The notes: a model not told the origin generated them from the sequence alone. Positions 1 to 12,800 are shown, numbered from the stretch's first letter. The stretch: DNA of 64,000 bases from Octopus vulgaris (GCA_951406725.2 OX597839.1:14384001-14448000), one strand, 5' to 3'. Program-made: numbers and translations.

Positions 1-280
1 AATGACTATGGGGGTCCAGTAGAGTAAAATAAGAATCAAAGATGTCCATAAGTAAAAAATTGTTGAGAAACACTGCATTACAGAAATGTATGTTGCATGT
101 ATACTCATAGAATATATGTACTTAAAATGGATGAATCTTTCAGATATACTAAAAAAAGAGTGATAATTCCAATCATTGTGATGAACACAAAGTCCTACAA
201 GATTGTTGGTTTGAGCATTAAAAAGAAATTATCATGTCTGTAAACATATGATGCAAGTGAGTTTGCATGATGGACATTAC

Positions 281-425
281 CTGAAATAAAGCTTCTGTTG
301 TGCAAAGGTGTCTGTAGAAAGTCTTCTGAATGCAACTTATAATATCACTGACAGCTGCATTGTTACAGCTGCAGGAGCTGTAATGGTTATAGATGCAATG
401 TGTTGCACGTTGCATTGCTATATCT
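281..425 (-). CDS. Possible isolated Cys-rich internal exon of an unidentified gene
   Basis: Acceptor tttgttatgcacag|, donor CAG|GTAATG. Only one frame is open: DIAMQRATHCIYNHYSSCSCNNAAVSDIISCIQKTFYRHLCTTEALFQ. No family recognised. Confidence 0.35.
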
Positions 426-1331
426 CTGTGCATAACAAACAATAGAAACACAGTTGCAGGAACAGTTTTATTTTATTACTTTCCCTTTATTTGTCTTCTT
501 TCTTTACCTATTTTCTTGACCAGCTAAACTGTACTTGTGGTTTATAATCTCATGGTGTTTGTTGTTAAGTGTGATATACTAATGAACTGAGACTCCTCCA
601 ACCTCTGCAAGCTTGGAAAAACACATGTAAAAAGATGATGATGATGATGCAGATAATGATGATGCGTATACACCTACTTAATAAATTCATTTATAATTCA
701 TATTAGAAAAAAGTAAATAAAGCAAGACAATGTAATTTTAAAAAATCAAAATAATAAATTAAACTCAAGTAAAATTGTTTCGATTTCTACTTTCTATTTC
801 TTACATTTTATTATTTATTTACACAAAAAGAAACCAGGTTATTTCAAATATTGTGTGGGTCACAAAACAAACATGAAAAAAATAATGAAAAAAAAAAATT
901 TTCTTTAAACAGCCTATTGTTCCCACCATGCCCTCTCTTTCTCACCTCCTCCTCTTCCCATTATTTTATCAATTATGTCAACAGATGAAGAGAAGATGGC
1001 AGAGTATTTAATATTAATGAATTAGCTGTTAATGTTAATTTGCAATTAGTGGTGAGTTGACAGAAATATTAGAGCAACAGAAGTGGATCCCAGGCAGTAT
1101 CTATTTGTGATGTTTTATGTTCTGAATTGAGTTGTGAGAATGTCAGCTTTGCATTTTATCCTTCTTGAGTTGATTATATCAAATGCCAATGTGTTGCTGG
1201 GAAAAATAGGACTAAATTTTGTTAAGTTTTTTTTTTTTTAATATTGTTTCACTCTAAACAGAATATTACAGTATTTTTCTAAATTGAATTATTTGCGCAT
1301 TTATGCATGTGTGTGTATATGTATGTATGTT

Positions 1332-1370
<39 letters not shown>

Positions 1371-1721
1371 CAGATGTAGAGTTAGATTGTGGCATGGAAA
1401 ATGAGATAAAGAGAGATATAAAAAACAAAAAGAAGAACAGAGAGATAGACAGACAGACACACAGACAGACAGAGAAGAATAGAGGTAGACAGATTTCAAT
1501 TATGCACTGTCAATTATTGGGTGTTGGTGTAAATCTTGAAGCTACAAAATAATGAAGCATTACATTTGAGAGAATAATCTGAATGCTAGAGGGTTGCTAA
1601 CAATAATATATACATCAACAACAATATACATGAAACCCATGCTAGCATTGGTTAATTGTAATATGTTACTAAAAGACGACAGAAGCCCATTTGGGTTTCT
1701 TGTCATCGTTTAAAAAGTTTG

Positions 1722-1954
1722 TTAAGTAGTATTAAGAGCTGAAGTGATCAAAGTGGTTATCATGTAAAGAAGAAATGGTGTGAAGAGATGATCTGGCAGC
1801 AAGCTTTGGGCACTAGAAATTCCATTACAAAATGACTCCTGGCAAAATCTTACACTCAAACCATTCATTGTAACCGTTTTGTTTGTAAATGATACGTTTT
1901 TAACAAAAGGGTATGTTCCGTCACTACAACTTCTGATGATTGCTTTAACTTCAC
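1722..1954 (-). CDS. Ly6/uPAR distal/alternative terminal exon (3b of gene 2): C-half plus GPI signal (absent from the ORF track)
   Basis: Acceptor cctcttctattctag|GT, phase 1. Encodes GEVKAIIRSCSDGTYPFVKNVSFTNKTVTMNGLSVRFCQESFCNGISSAQSLLPDHLFTPFLLYMITTLITSALNTT*, with IIRxC and CxxxFCN motifs and a hydrophobic tail. Confidence 0.82.
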
Positions 1955-2251
1955 CTAGAATAGAAGAGGGAAAAAAAGGAAAAGAGAAGAGAAACTAAAA
2001 AATATATAAAGTTATTGATTGCCAAAGATTGTAGGAGCTGGATTCAGGATCAGGGTTATGAGGGTGATGAAGGAAGGCATATGTTAGGGATCAAATTGAA
2101 GGTTGTGGTTATGATTTGAAATTAAAATTAAGATTAATGGTAGAAGTTTGGGTTAAAAGGGTTTAGTTTGACAAAGCATGAATGTCACAGAGAATGGGAA
2201 AAAGTACGTATGTAATATATACAATACATTACATATAACATAAATATATAT

Positions 2252-2291
<40 letters not shown>

Positions 2292-2567
2292 CATACATAG
2301 ATGTATATGAGAAAAAAGAGAAAATAGAGATTAATCAGTTAATAATTATATTTATCAATTGCAAAAAGCAAACATAATCCCTGATAGCTGTTTTGATTCT
2401 GACTTTAAAGATTGTAATAGTAATTCAATAGTCAAAACTACTGAAAAGTTTGCAAGATGCAACGAAAATTTTAGGACAATAAAAATAAGTAAAAAGTGGA
2501 AATTTTACCGGTGAGTGTGTTACATAATAAGGCACAAAAAGAAAATGACTCTCCCCAAACACAACAG

Positions 2568-2600
<33 letters not shown>

Positions 2601-3649
2601 GCTAAAGCTGTGAGGAAAGGCAAACAATTAGGCAAAGCTGGACAAAAACATTTAACTTCATCTAATTCAGTCTTAATTTAGCTACATAACAAATGGTAAA
2701 AATAGTAAAAAAAATAGTAAAAAATGCTGAAAGAATTTTTACCATTCATTATGTAGCTAAATTGAAATTGAATTAAACACCCTTTGCCTTTCCTCACTAC
2801 TTTAACCTACACCTTCTGACTCAAAGGGATGCCACTTTTGGACAAGTCAATCACACAACTACAATGTCCACTGTTGTTCAAACTGTAAATTTGGTGGCAC
2901 ACTTATTTGAGCACTCAGAATGCATACCTTTTAGTTTGAGTCATCCTGAGGAAAACACTTCATATCCTTTCTCTCTCTCTATGTATATATATATGTGTGT
3001 GTGTGTGTGGATATATGTATATCTATATCTATCCACGTCACTCTCTCACTATCTATATGCGTGTCTGTTTCTGGAACATCTTTCCTTCTGAACATGTATT
3101 ACAAATACAGCTCTGTTCTAGTTTTATCATTCTTTTTTATCTTTTATGTTTAGTTTCTTTTAAGAAAGTCTGAAAACCCTTCTTTGATTAATGCCATCGC
3201 TGTCACATCTAGAGTCCGCATGGACAATGAAATAACTGCTGGAATTTGAAATTTTCATCACTCTTACATTTCTGTTATTAGTCAGATGTCTCTTTTTGTT
3301 TATGATTGATAAATGTTATCAGTGAATTTATTTTAGCACTGTTATGTCAGGAGTTATATATCCATTATTAATCGACTATTTTTGTGGAAAAACCTGTAGA
3401 GTACAAGTGTGTTACATATGAATGTATTTTTCTATCTAGATTTTGCTGTGTGTTTTTGTGTGATTCAGTACATGGCAATTGTCTGTGTTCTAGTAATTAT
3501 AAAAGATGAAATCTTAGTACACTCACACTTTCAGTTAGTGTGACATCTGTGTGTATGTGTGTATACAAATGTATGTATGCTTGTGGGTATATATTGTATA
3601 TATATGAATGTTTGCATATACATACATATATTAATATATATTTTTTTAT

Positions 3650-4017
3650 TCTCTTCCTCGTTTTAGTCATTTGATTGTGCCATGCTGAAGCACCACCTTA
3701 AAGGTTTTTAGTCAAAGAAACTGACCCTAGGACTTATGCTTTGTAAGCCTAGTACTTATTCTATTGGTCTGTTTTGCTGAGCTGCAAATGTTATGGGAAG
3801 ATATACACACCAGCATCAGTTGTCAAGTGATGGTGGGGGCCAAACACAGACAGATAGACACACACACATATATATATATATGCGATAGGCTTCTTTCAGT
3901 TTTTGTCTACCAAATCCACTCACAAGGCTTTGGTTGGCCCAAGGCTATAGTAGAAGACACTTACCCAGAACCATGTGATTGGGAAGCAAGCATCTTACCA
4001 CACAGCCACATCTCCGC

Positions 4018-4018
<1 letters not shown>
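3650..4018 (-). mobile_element. tRNA-derived SINE (same family as 60450-60843)
   Basis: Shares the ...caaatccactcacaaggc...cttaccacacagccac and gtacttattctat blocks with other copies in the window. Confidence 0.75.
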
Positions 4019-4080
<62 letters not shown>

Positions 4081-4494
4081 AAGAAAGAGTTATCAATGGA
4101 ACAAATAAGCAAAGTTGAAAATGTACAGGCAGTGTACATTTTCAACTTTGCTTATTTGTTCCATAGTACTAGCTGTATGGATTGATAACTCTTTCTTTCT
4201 CTCTATATATACAGGCAGTGTATAACAAGATTTATGTATGTCAATATTAGTATACTTAACTTGCTTCACTTTTGTATGATTTTCAAAAGTCTAAGTTTTG
4301 AGGGATGTGGAGCTGTGTCACAAACTGTATCATTTTTGAACTGAGATGATACAACTTGTGACAGCTCCACATTCTTTAAGGTTTATACTTTTGAAAATCA
4401 TACAAATGTGAAACTGGTTAAGTATATTAATATTAATACAATTAAACAAATCTTTTTATACATTCTCTGTGCATTTTCAGCTTCTATTACTTCT

Positions 4495-4563
<69 letters not shown>

Positions 4564-5219
4564 CGATACATAGATATATACATATATATGTATGAGAATG
4601 TATACATATATATATATATGCATGAGTACACACATGCATATGTATACAGTTATATTAAGACACATACTCTCACACATAGATATACACATACCACATGGTT
4701 GTGAAGTGAGCTTTCTCAGGTGGTTTATATCCAGGCATACATGCATATATACACATGTATATATACATGCAGATTCATTATGAAGTGAACTTTCTCAGGT
4801 GGTTTATATCCAGGCATACATGCATATATACACATGTATATATACAAGCAGATTCAAAATCCTAAAACCGTAACATATTAAGAATAATTTTGATAATAGC
4901 AAGGCAAAACACAAAACTGCAAAACAGATTAGGATAAGTAAGAATGAGAGAAGGCAGGAGAGAAAACTCGAGATAGTGAGAGAGAGAAAATTAGATAGTG
5001 AGAGAGAGGGGAAGAGATAGAGAGAGAAAAGTGAGTGCTTCAACACAGGTCATTATCTGTATCAGTTATTCTCACCCATTTTTTGCTTTTAGACCCCTTT
5101 GATTCCTATTTTAACCAGATTGGCCCTCATAGCTATTTAATGTTCAAAAAATCCTATAATATTTTTAAAGTAAAATACAATTAGGAATTGTATAAAAATA
5201 ATTATTAAAATATTTTGTG

Positions 5220-5495
5220 TATTGCCACCTGCCAAGGGTTATATGGACCCTGGTTGACAACGACTGATCTAGATTAAGGACCCAGTACTGTAACAGCTTA
5301 AATTTCAAGAGCAAACAACTTTTCAACATTCTGCCAAATGTCAGAGATCTGCAAACTATAAGTGTGAATGTGTTCAAAGAACATGTGGAGAAATTTTTTT
5401 CTGAGGTACCAGATGAGTCAACATTGGAACAGAAAATACAAAGAAGAGTAGCTCTGACCAACCCTTCAGCAGTTCTGAAGAAAGGGTTGCCAGGT
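5220..5495 (+). mobile_element. CR1/L2-like LINE 3' fragment, degenerate
   Basis: Translates to LFNILPNVRDLQTISVNVFKEHVEKFFSEVPDE, resembling the C-terminus of CR1-group ORF2. Confidence 0.55.
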
Positions 5496-5551
5496 GAGTG
5501 TGAAATAAAGAAAAATCACACTTAATGTGATGCTCTATATATATAAATATA

Positions 5552-6805
5552 CGAGGGGCGTTCAATAAGTAATGCTCCTGACCCTCTCGCACTTGTTTGA
5601 TCTAGCTGAAATTTTGCATGTGCAATTATTCATATCGCTATAAGATGAAGTGGCAAATTACAGCTCTGAACTAATTGTGGTTTCTGATTTACAGGTGTTT
5701 GAACTGAGTCAAGTGTGAAATGGAGCTTGTTGAGTGTCAAGCAGTGATCCGGTTTTTGTATTTGAAAGAACGCACACCATGGGAGACTTTTGATGAAATG
5801 AAAGTAACTTATGGTGATGATGCTCCATCATATGACCTTGTAAAACGCTGGCATCGTGAATTCAAACATGGTCGGAACTTTGTGGAAACAGCTCCCAGAT
5901 CTGGTCACCCCCTTCTGCCATTGATGAGGCATCTGTCCGTCAAGTTGAGGCTGCTATTTTGGAAGATCGATGCATAACTATTCGCTAAATAGCCCATGAG
6001 GTCAAGATTAGTATCGGATCTGTGGAAACTATCATTCATGACCATTTGCATATGCAAAAGGTGTCTGCCAGATGGATTCCCAGGTTGCTCACACCTTTCC
6101 AGAAGCAAAAACGCTTCGAGTGCTCGAGGATGAATTTGGAGATGTGCCAAGAAGATGAGTCAAAATTTTTCAAAAGACTGATTAAACAGGAGGAAACCTG
6201 GGCCCATCACTATGATCCAGAGACCAAATCCCAGTCAATGCAGCGGAAGAACCATGATTCACCTCCTCCAAAGTTGGCAAGGGTGCAGCCCTCCGCTGGC
6301 AAAGACATGCTCACAGTCTTCTGGGACCAGGACGGAGTAGTGATGACAGATTTCCTGGCAAAGGTTACCACAATTACAGGAGCCTATTAAACTTCACTTT
6401 TGAGGAAATTAAGAGAAGCTATCAAAATCAAGAGGCGGGGCAAGATCAGCAAAGGCATCCTCCTCCTGCAGGACAACGCTCCGGTCCACAACTCGTGTGT
6501 CGCCAGATCAGAAGCACAGGCGTGCAGCTATGAACTCCTCCCCTTGCACCCTCTGATTTTCACCTCTTCCCAGCCATGAAGTTGATTTTGAAAGGAAAGC
6601 GTTTCCCAGATGATGCAGCCTTGATTTCTGAAGTCACGTCGTGGTTGGAGGACCAAGCTGGGGTCTTCTACAAAAACGGTCTCCAGAGCTGCATCAAACG
6701 ATGGGAGAAATGCATAACTCTGGGTATTTTCTATGCAGAAAAAGACTAATAACTGTCCCAAGTTTCGTTGCTCTACTTCTATGCTCTACTTATTGAATGC
6801 CCCTC

Positions 6806-6806
<1 letters not shown>
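5552..6806 (+). mobile_element. Full-length mariner (Tc1/mariner) transposon with an inactivated transposase
   Basis: TIRs CGAGGGGCGTTCAATAAGTA / TACTTATTGAATGCCCCTCG, flanked by TA. Transposase starts at ATG 5720 (HTH region, WIPRLLT motif, ETWAHHYDPE, QDNAPVH). It has a frameshift near 5910, a stop at 6388 and a deletion in the YSPDLAP motif. Confidence 0.93.
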
Positions 6807-6864
<58 letters not shown>

Positions 6865-7160
6865 CGTGTGTATATGTATATATATTATCATCATTTAATG
6901 TCCATGCTGGGTTGGATGGTTTGACTGGGCTGGAAGGCTGCACCAGATTCCATACATGTACATATATACATTTATGAATTTGTATTGCAAGATTCCTGAT
7001 GTGAAACCGTGTATTGAAACAGATATTGTATTTCGGGGTAGTCATTTTCTAAATTTTTTTTTTTTGACAGGAAATACGAAATTATAGTGCATGTGTCTAT
7101 TTGGCAAAAAAAAGCCCCAAAACAAACAAACAACAATATTGCCATCCCAAAACACAACAG

Positions 7161-7193
<33 letters not shown>

Positions 7194-7194
7194 A

Positions 7195-7800
7195 ATAAAA
7201 TATTAGGGAATAAATCCAAACTTACAGGGAAAAATCAGATTTAGGATTGAATCCAATTTTATAGTAAAATATTATATTATATTAAATTAGAGATAAAACC
7301 ACTATTAGGCAAATCATACAATGAAAAACTTAAGCCAAAACATAAGATTAATTAATTTATATTATTTTAAATATATATCAATATTATTAAAAAAAGATAA
7401 TTAGTATAACACTACGATCGTTTCATGGCTGTCCAATTCTTAAAATTTCGAGTTACAGTCATTCTTCAGGTGATTTAAATATTTAACTTAGCGAGGTTTA
7501 TGTCCAATTCTTAAAATTTCGAGTTACAGTCATTCTTCAGGTGATTTAAATATTTAACTTAGCGAGGTTTAATCAATAAACCTCGCTAAGTTAAATATTT
7601 AAATCACCTGAAGAATGACTGTAACTCGAAATTTTAAGAATTGGACAGCCATGAAACGATCGTAGTGTTATACTAATTATCTTTTTTTAATAATATTGAT
7701 ATATATTTAAAATAATATAAATTAATTAATCTTATGTATTGGCTTAAGTTTTTCATTGTATGATTTGCCTAATAGTGGTTTTATCTCTAATTTAATATTA
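7195..7800. mobile_element. Penelope-like fold-back remnant: ~220-bp inverted arms plus a 70-bp tandem duplication
   Basis: 7278-7500 is the reverse complement of 7577-7798, and 7431-7500 is repeated at 7501-7570. Related sequence occurs at 54730-54960. Confidence 0.7.
7605..7667 (+). ncRNA. Minimal type-I hammerhead ribozyme motif (mirror copy at 7410-7472 on minus)
   Basis: CAC-CTGAAGA-stem II (ATGACTGT...ACAGCCAT)-GAAA-CGATCG (palindromic stem III)-TA-GTG. Confidence 0.6.
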
Positions 7801-7814
7801 TATATATATATATA

Positions 7815-8212
7815 CAAATGGAAATTGTAGTTGTGATACCTGTGCTGGTAGCACGTAAAATGCACCATCCGTACCTGGTCGATGCCAGCGCAGCCTTGAC
7901 TGGCTTCCGTGCCAGTGGCACGTAAAAAGCACCAACTGACTGTGGCCGTTGCCAGCCTACCCTGGCACCTAAAAATGCACCATCTGTACATGGCCGATGC
8001 CAGTGCCACCTTGACTGGCTTCTGTGCCGGTGGCACGTAAAAAGCACCCACTACACTCATGGAGTGGTTGGCATTAGGAAGGGCATCAAGCTGTAGAAAC
8101 ACTGCCAGATCAGACTGGAGCCTGGTGCAGCCTCCTGGCTTCCAAGATCTCGGTCGAACCATCCAACCCAAGCTAGCATGGAAAACAGACGTTAAACGAT
8201 GATGATGATGAT
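7815..8212 (+). mobile_element. RTE 3'-tail-derived repeat ending in (GAT)n
   Basis: Homologous to the 3' UTR of the RTE at 51220-51548 (gtggcacgtaaaaagcacccactacactc...catggaaaac...(gat)n). Another copy lies at ~30830-31240. Confidence 0.8.
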
Positions 8213-8246
<34 letters not shown>

Positions 8247-8576
8247 TTATATGTATATGTAGTAATGATTATATGCCAACAGAATGTGGCAGCCCTATAA
8301 AGTATGATGTTAGACTGTTGCTATAGCACCAGGAAAATATCTTTTCCAGCTGGCTATCGACACACAGTTTGTGACTGTATATTATTTACAAGGGATGTCA
8401 TTGCTCCCATCTCTAGCCTTACATTATACTCACAGACCCAGGTTTCCAAATGGTTACCTGTCCTCAGTGTGAGATAACCACAGGTTAGTGACAGAAGTCT
8501 CTCTCTCAATATATATATATATCTTTCCTTTTCTCTTTGTGTTTTCATATTTGGATTAACTATATATATTTATATA

Positions 8577-8614
<38 letters not shown>

Positions 8615-8973
8615 TATATATGTGTATGTATGTATATATATGTGTGTGTGTGTGTGCGTGCATATAAGAAAATATTTAAGAAAATGGAGCTAAAAGTAAT
8701 GTGAACAATATTTTACACTTCAATAAAGAAGCATTAAAAGTGATGAAGATAAAGAAACAGAAAATACGGCAACAAACTCACATACATTGCCAGTTTAAAG
8801 AACACACACACACAAATATCAATATATATATATATATATATATATACATACATACATACATGTCCGAAGTCAGGACACCATGATAGATCGTTAGCTCCTA
8901 CACACACTTTTTTCTCTCCTTTTTTTCTCTCCTTGTTTCTCTCCTTGTTTTTCTCCTTGTTTTTTTCTGTGTA

Positions 8974-9011
8974 TCTTTCTGTCGAAGAGCGTAGGCTCGA
9001 AACGTAAAAGA
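8974..9011 (+). ncRNA. Variant minimal hammerhead-like motif in a Penelope-type repeat
   Basis: TCTTT-CTGTCGA-A-GAGC(gtag)GCTC-GAAA-CG-TA-AAAGA. The core differs from CUGANGA at position A6. Confidence 0.4.
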
Positions 9012-9569
9012 CTTTTTCTATTTCTATTCCTGAGTGCTATACTAATACATTTGTTTGTTTGTACTACACCTGCCTTTGTCTTTTGTTTATTTTCATAAAC
9101 TTTCCCTTTACATACATACATGCATATATACACACATATACATGTTCACTGTTGAGTCAGATTTCTGGATATAAACTGGATTTGGGACTTGCATATCTAC
9201 AGTATTCCTGTCAGCACTTGATGTCTTCATTGTGGTTTATTCCACTGTGCCCTAAATTATTGTACCTAACCATTTCTGGCATCCAAGAGTTGATGAGCTT
9301 TGATTCTTGTGAATCCCCATAAGAAAATCAGAGACATACAAACATGTATATGTATCTACACATATATAAGCATCTATGTAAATGTGTATGAGTACATATG
9401 TATGTATGTATAATTGATGGTGTTAAGTGGGTCATATAGCCATAGAAACCATGCCAAAACTAAGATATTGGAGCAAGACATGGTTTCCAACCTGTTGGAT
9501 CATATAAAAAAAAATCCAACTCATACCAGTATGAAAAGCAGACATAAAGCATCAAATGAAGCAGATGTT

Positions 9570-9610
<41 letters not shown>

Positions 9611-9700
9611 CATACAGAGTGGACCAAAAGTCATGCATAAAATAAGTTCAATATGTAAAAAAAATGTAAAAAAAAATCAAATTAATTTGAGTATTTTCTT

Positions 9701-9957
9701 TTAGTAGTATGACTGCAACAAAGCCAAAATGCCTGTTGCTAAAGTAATGACCAACGCAGGTGTGTGTGAATTTATCACAGCCATACTTTGAGGACCATTG
9801 CAAAAATCTGTTTCACATATTGTCAAACAAAATATGCCATTGATAAAGGTACATAGTGTTGTGTTTTTTTCAGGATTAAGGTATCGTAATTTGCGGAAAC
9901 TCTCAAAGTTCTTAGTGTTTCCATCAGAACATTCTCTAATCAAATATGAACTCTTAC
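9701..9957 (-). CDS. Ly6/uPAR gene 2, proximal terminal exon (3a): C-half plus GPI signal
   Basis: Acceptor tttaatctcttag|GT, phase 1. Encodes GKSSYLIRECSDGNTKNFESFRKLRYLNPEKNTTLCTFINGIFCLTICETDFCNGPQSMAVINSHTPALVITLATGILALLQSYY*. With exon 2 this gives 10 Cys in a 162-aa precursor. AATAAA on the minus strand at 9236-9241. Confidence 0.9.
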
Positions 9958-10063
9958 CTAAGAGATTAAAAAAAAAAAGAATGTTTTAAAATTGTTGATA
10001 AGTTAATTATAATTTTCGTTAATTACAAAGCACTGTTAGTCCACAATTATTACTGTGAATGAA

Positions 10064-11070
10064 GGTGGTGAGCTGGCAGAATCCAGGTAAAATACTTGGC
10101 AGCATTTTGTCTGTCTTTATGTTCTGAGTTCAAATTTTGCTGAGGTTAACTTTGCCTTTCATCTTTTTGGGGTCAATGATGAGCAATGGGGTTGATGCAA
10201 TCAACTTACCTTCTTACCTGAAATTGCTGGCCTTGTGGAAAAATTTGAAACCAATATTATATTGAGGATGAATCTGGGGTCATTAGTAATGCCAAACCAC
10301 ATGTGGTCATTAGGGTCACTCATCCACATTGCCATTCAGTGTTTGATCTTTAGCCAGGTAACAATTTCTATGGTCTAATAGTCTATTATATATATATATA
10401 TATAAATAATGTGTGTGTGTATGTATATGTGTGTGTGTATATATGTATATGTGTGTATAAATATATGTGTGTATGTGTGTGTATATATATATATGTGTAT
10501 ATGTGCGTGTATATATGTGTGTGTGTGTGTATGCATATATATATACATACAGTAATACCACACTTTATGACTTTATGACAACCTGCTTTCTGAGTTCAAA
10601 TTTTATGTTCTTAATTCTTAGCTATTAAAGCTGATGCACTGCTCAGTTTAGCACCACTACCACCATCAACATTGATTAGGTAAAAGAACTTAATCACAAA
10701 TTCACTGGTACTTAATTTATTGACTCCAAAAGGATGAAAGGCAAAGTTGACATTGGCAGAGTTTGAACATAATGATGAGCGAAATACTGCTAAGCATTTT
10801 GTCCAATGTGCTAATGATTCTGCTAGCTCGCTGCAATGATGATGATGATAATAGTAATTAATAATAATAATGGTTTCAAATTTTGCCACAAGGGCAGCCA
10901 TTTTGGGGTAGGGGATAAATTGATTACATCGACCCCAGTGTTTTACTGGTACTTAATTTATCAGCTCCAAAGGAATAAAAGGCAAAGTTGACCTCAGAAT
11001 GTAGCAACAGGTGAAATGCCACTAAGCATTTGGTCCAGTGTGCTAATGATTCTGCCAGTTTACCACCTTA

Positions 11071-11118
<48 letters not shown>

Positions 11119-11335
11119 CATTCCTACTAAAGACACAAGGCCTGAAATTTTGGGGGAGGGGACTAGTCAATTATGTCGATCTCCAGTGTTTCACCAGTAC
11201 TTAATTTAACGACCTTGAAAGGATGAAAGGCAAAGTCGACCTCAGCGGAATTTGAACTCAGAACATAGCAACAGGCAAAATGCCATTAAGCATTTCATCC
11301 AGCTTGCTAATGATTCTGCCAACTTGCTGCCCTAA
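10064..11335. mobile_element. Cluster of SINEs (ggcggtgagctggcagaatc... / gcctttcatcc family) inserted at (TAA)n
   Basis: Repeated blocks ggatgaaaggcaaagttgacc and gaatttgaactcagaa. Further copies at ~14130-14340, 17790-18012, 31690-32100, 33530-33980, 37824-38015 and 44835-45037. Confidence 0.75.
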
Positions 11336-11352
11336 TGATGATGATGATGATG

Positions 11353-11390
<38 letters not shown>

Positions 11391-11504
11391 CATCATCATC
11401 ATCATTTAATGTTTGTTGGCATAGGTTGGATGATTTGACAGGAGCTGTCTAGACTCCAATTGTCTGTTGTGGCATGGTTTCTACATCTGGATGCCCTTCC
11501 TAAT

Positions 11505-12800
11505 GCTTTCAGTTGAGTCCACCACACCACCTCTTTTGCCATAGCCATCAGATAGAAAAACTGCCTGTCCTTCCCCTCCAAAGGAAGGAGGCGGGGCGAA
11601 TTTCATGATGGATTTGGACAATAGCCGGATCCATCCTACATATGACAATAACTGTTCGACAAAGCTCTACAAGTCAGCAATGCATGGACACTGTATGAGA
11701 GCATGCAGAACGCTTTCATCTGTGTGCGTCTCGGACAAGCCTGTCTGACTGCACACCTATGCCTGTAGAGCTTGTCATGATCTGGCAGAGCTCCCCAATA
11801 GCACTTCCGGGCCAGGGATTTCTAGGCCCTGGCCCAAAAGTCTTCTGGAAGAGACCAGCCAGTTGATCCCTCCTGACACTCAGAACCTCTCCGAGAACTC
11901 GCCACTCTTGCCCTCCACTAACCCCCTATAGAACTCAAAGGTGGAACTTCCACCAACTGCATTGCCTGATTGACCAAAGGCTGTAATCACCTGGAGACAC
12001 TCCACATACCAAGCACTCTGCCTTGGTGTACACCTGATCCTGGACTGTAGCTCCATCAAGGAGATGAGCTGCAGGAAAGCGCATCCAACAAACGGCAACC
12101 ACATCTGCTCACCGTTAAAGTATCGTTAGAGATGTTGCAGCCTCAGTGCATGTCTACGCATCATCAGCCATGCATTCCATGCAACAGGTGCTGACAGCAA
12201 ATGGACCATCTGACAAGCGGTACCTGTCCCTTCCACAGGAAGCAGAAAAGCAAGCGCACAAGCCTGCACAGAAAAGCAAGCGCCCCATACAGTTCAGCAA
12301 GGTTCTGCAGAAATTCTGCACAAATCTGCTTGAACTCATGTAGCATGCACCCAACCCAACCCCTCAAAGACCGAATTGTAGTTTTATAACCACATTGCGC
12401 CTCAGCCACCCAGGCCCATCAAACGGCTTTTGTTCCTTCTTGATTTAGAGCATGTACCCTAGCTCTGATGATACAAACTTCATACTTGGTGTTAAAGAAT
12501 TGGTTCAGAACCAATCTGACTGCCAGTATGTTGGTTGCTATGCCTCTACTGACTTCCTCTTCTAATTTCCTAACTAGGTCTCCTTCTACTCTAATTTTCT
12601 TTATTGCTAGTTTTTGCTAAATTCTACAGCTTCTACTCTCATCACCCATTTTAGGGTTACCCACCATCAGTTGTTGATGACTGCACCCGTCAACTTTCGA
12701 TGGACTAACTTGCTAAGTCGGTCTCTGAAAGCCTGATGTGCCGGGAAGGACGCGTTCAACTTCCAGTATCTGGGACCCTTCCTATGATGCTTATCTAGGT
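11505..12800 (-). mobile_element. Degenerate L1/Tx1-like LINE ORF2 fragment
   Basis: GC-richer block with many stops. The minus strand encodes a C-terminal zinc-knuckle-like ACPR..DESVLHALIQC. A homologous segment lies at 36970-37560 (+). Confidence 0.55.

Noticed and set aside
2340-2515. Plus-strand open stretch with cysteines ending at a CG|GTGAGT donor
   Set aside because: No good acceptor and no Ly6 pattern. Its 3' flank resembles the repeat end at ~7140-7165, so it is probably an interspersed repeat.
4850-4920. ttgcag|TTTTG acceptor resembling the Ly6 exon 2 start (candidate missing N-half for the 1.8-kb exon)
   Set aside because: The translation lacks the CxxC and other cysteines, runs into microsatellite, and has no donor at the expected distance.
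5720-6750. Active or domesticated transposase gene
   Set aside because: Frameshift, internal stop, altered first catalytic Asp and a deletion in the YSPDL motif.
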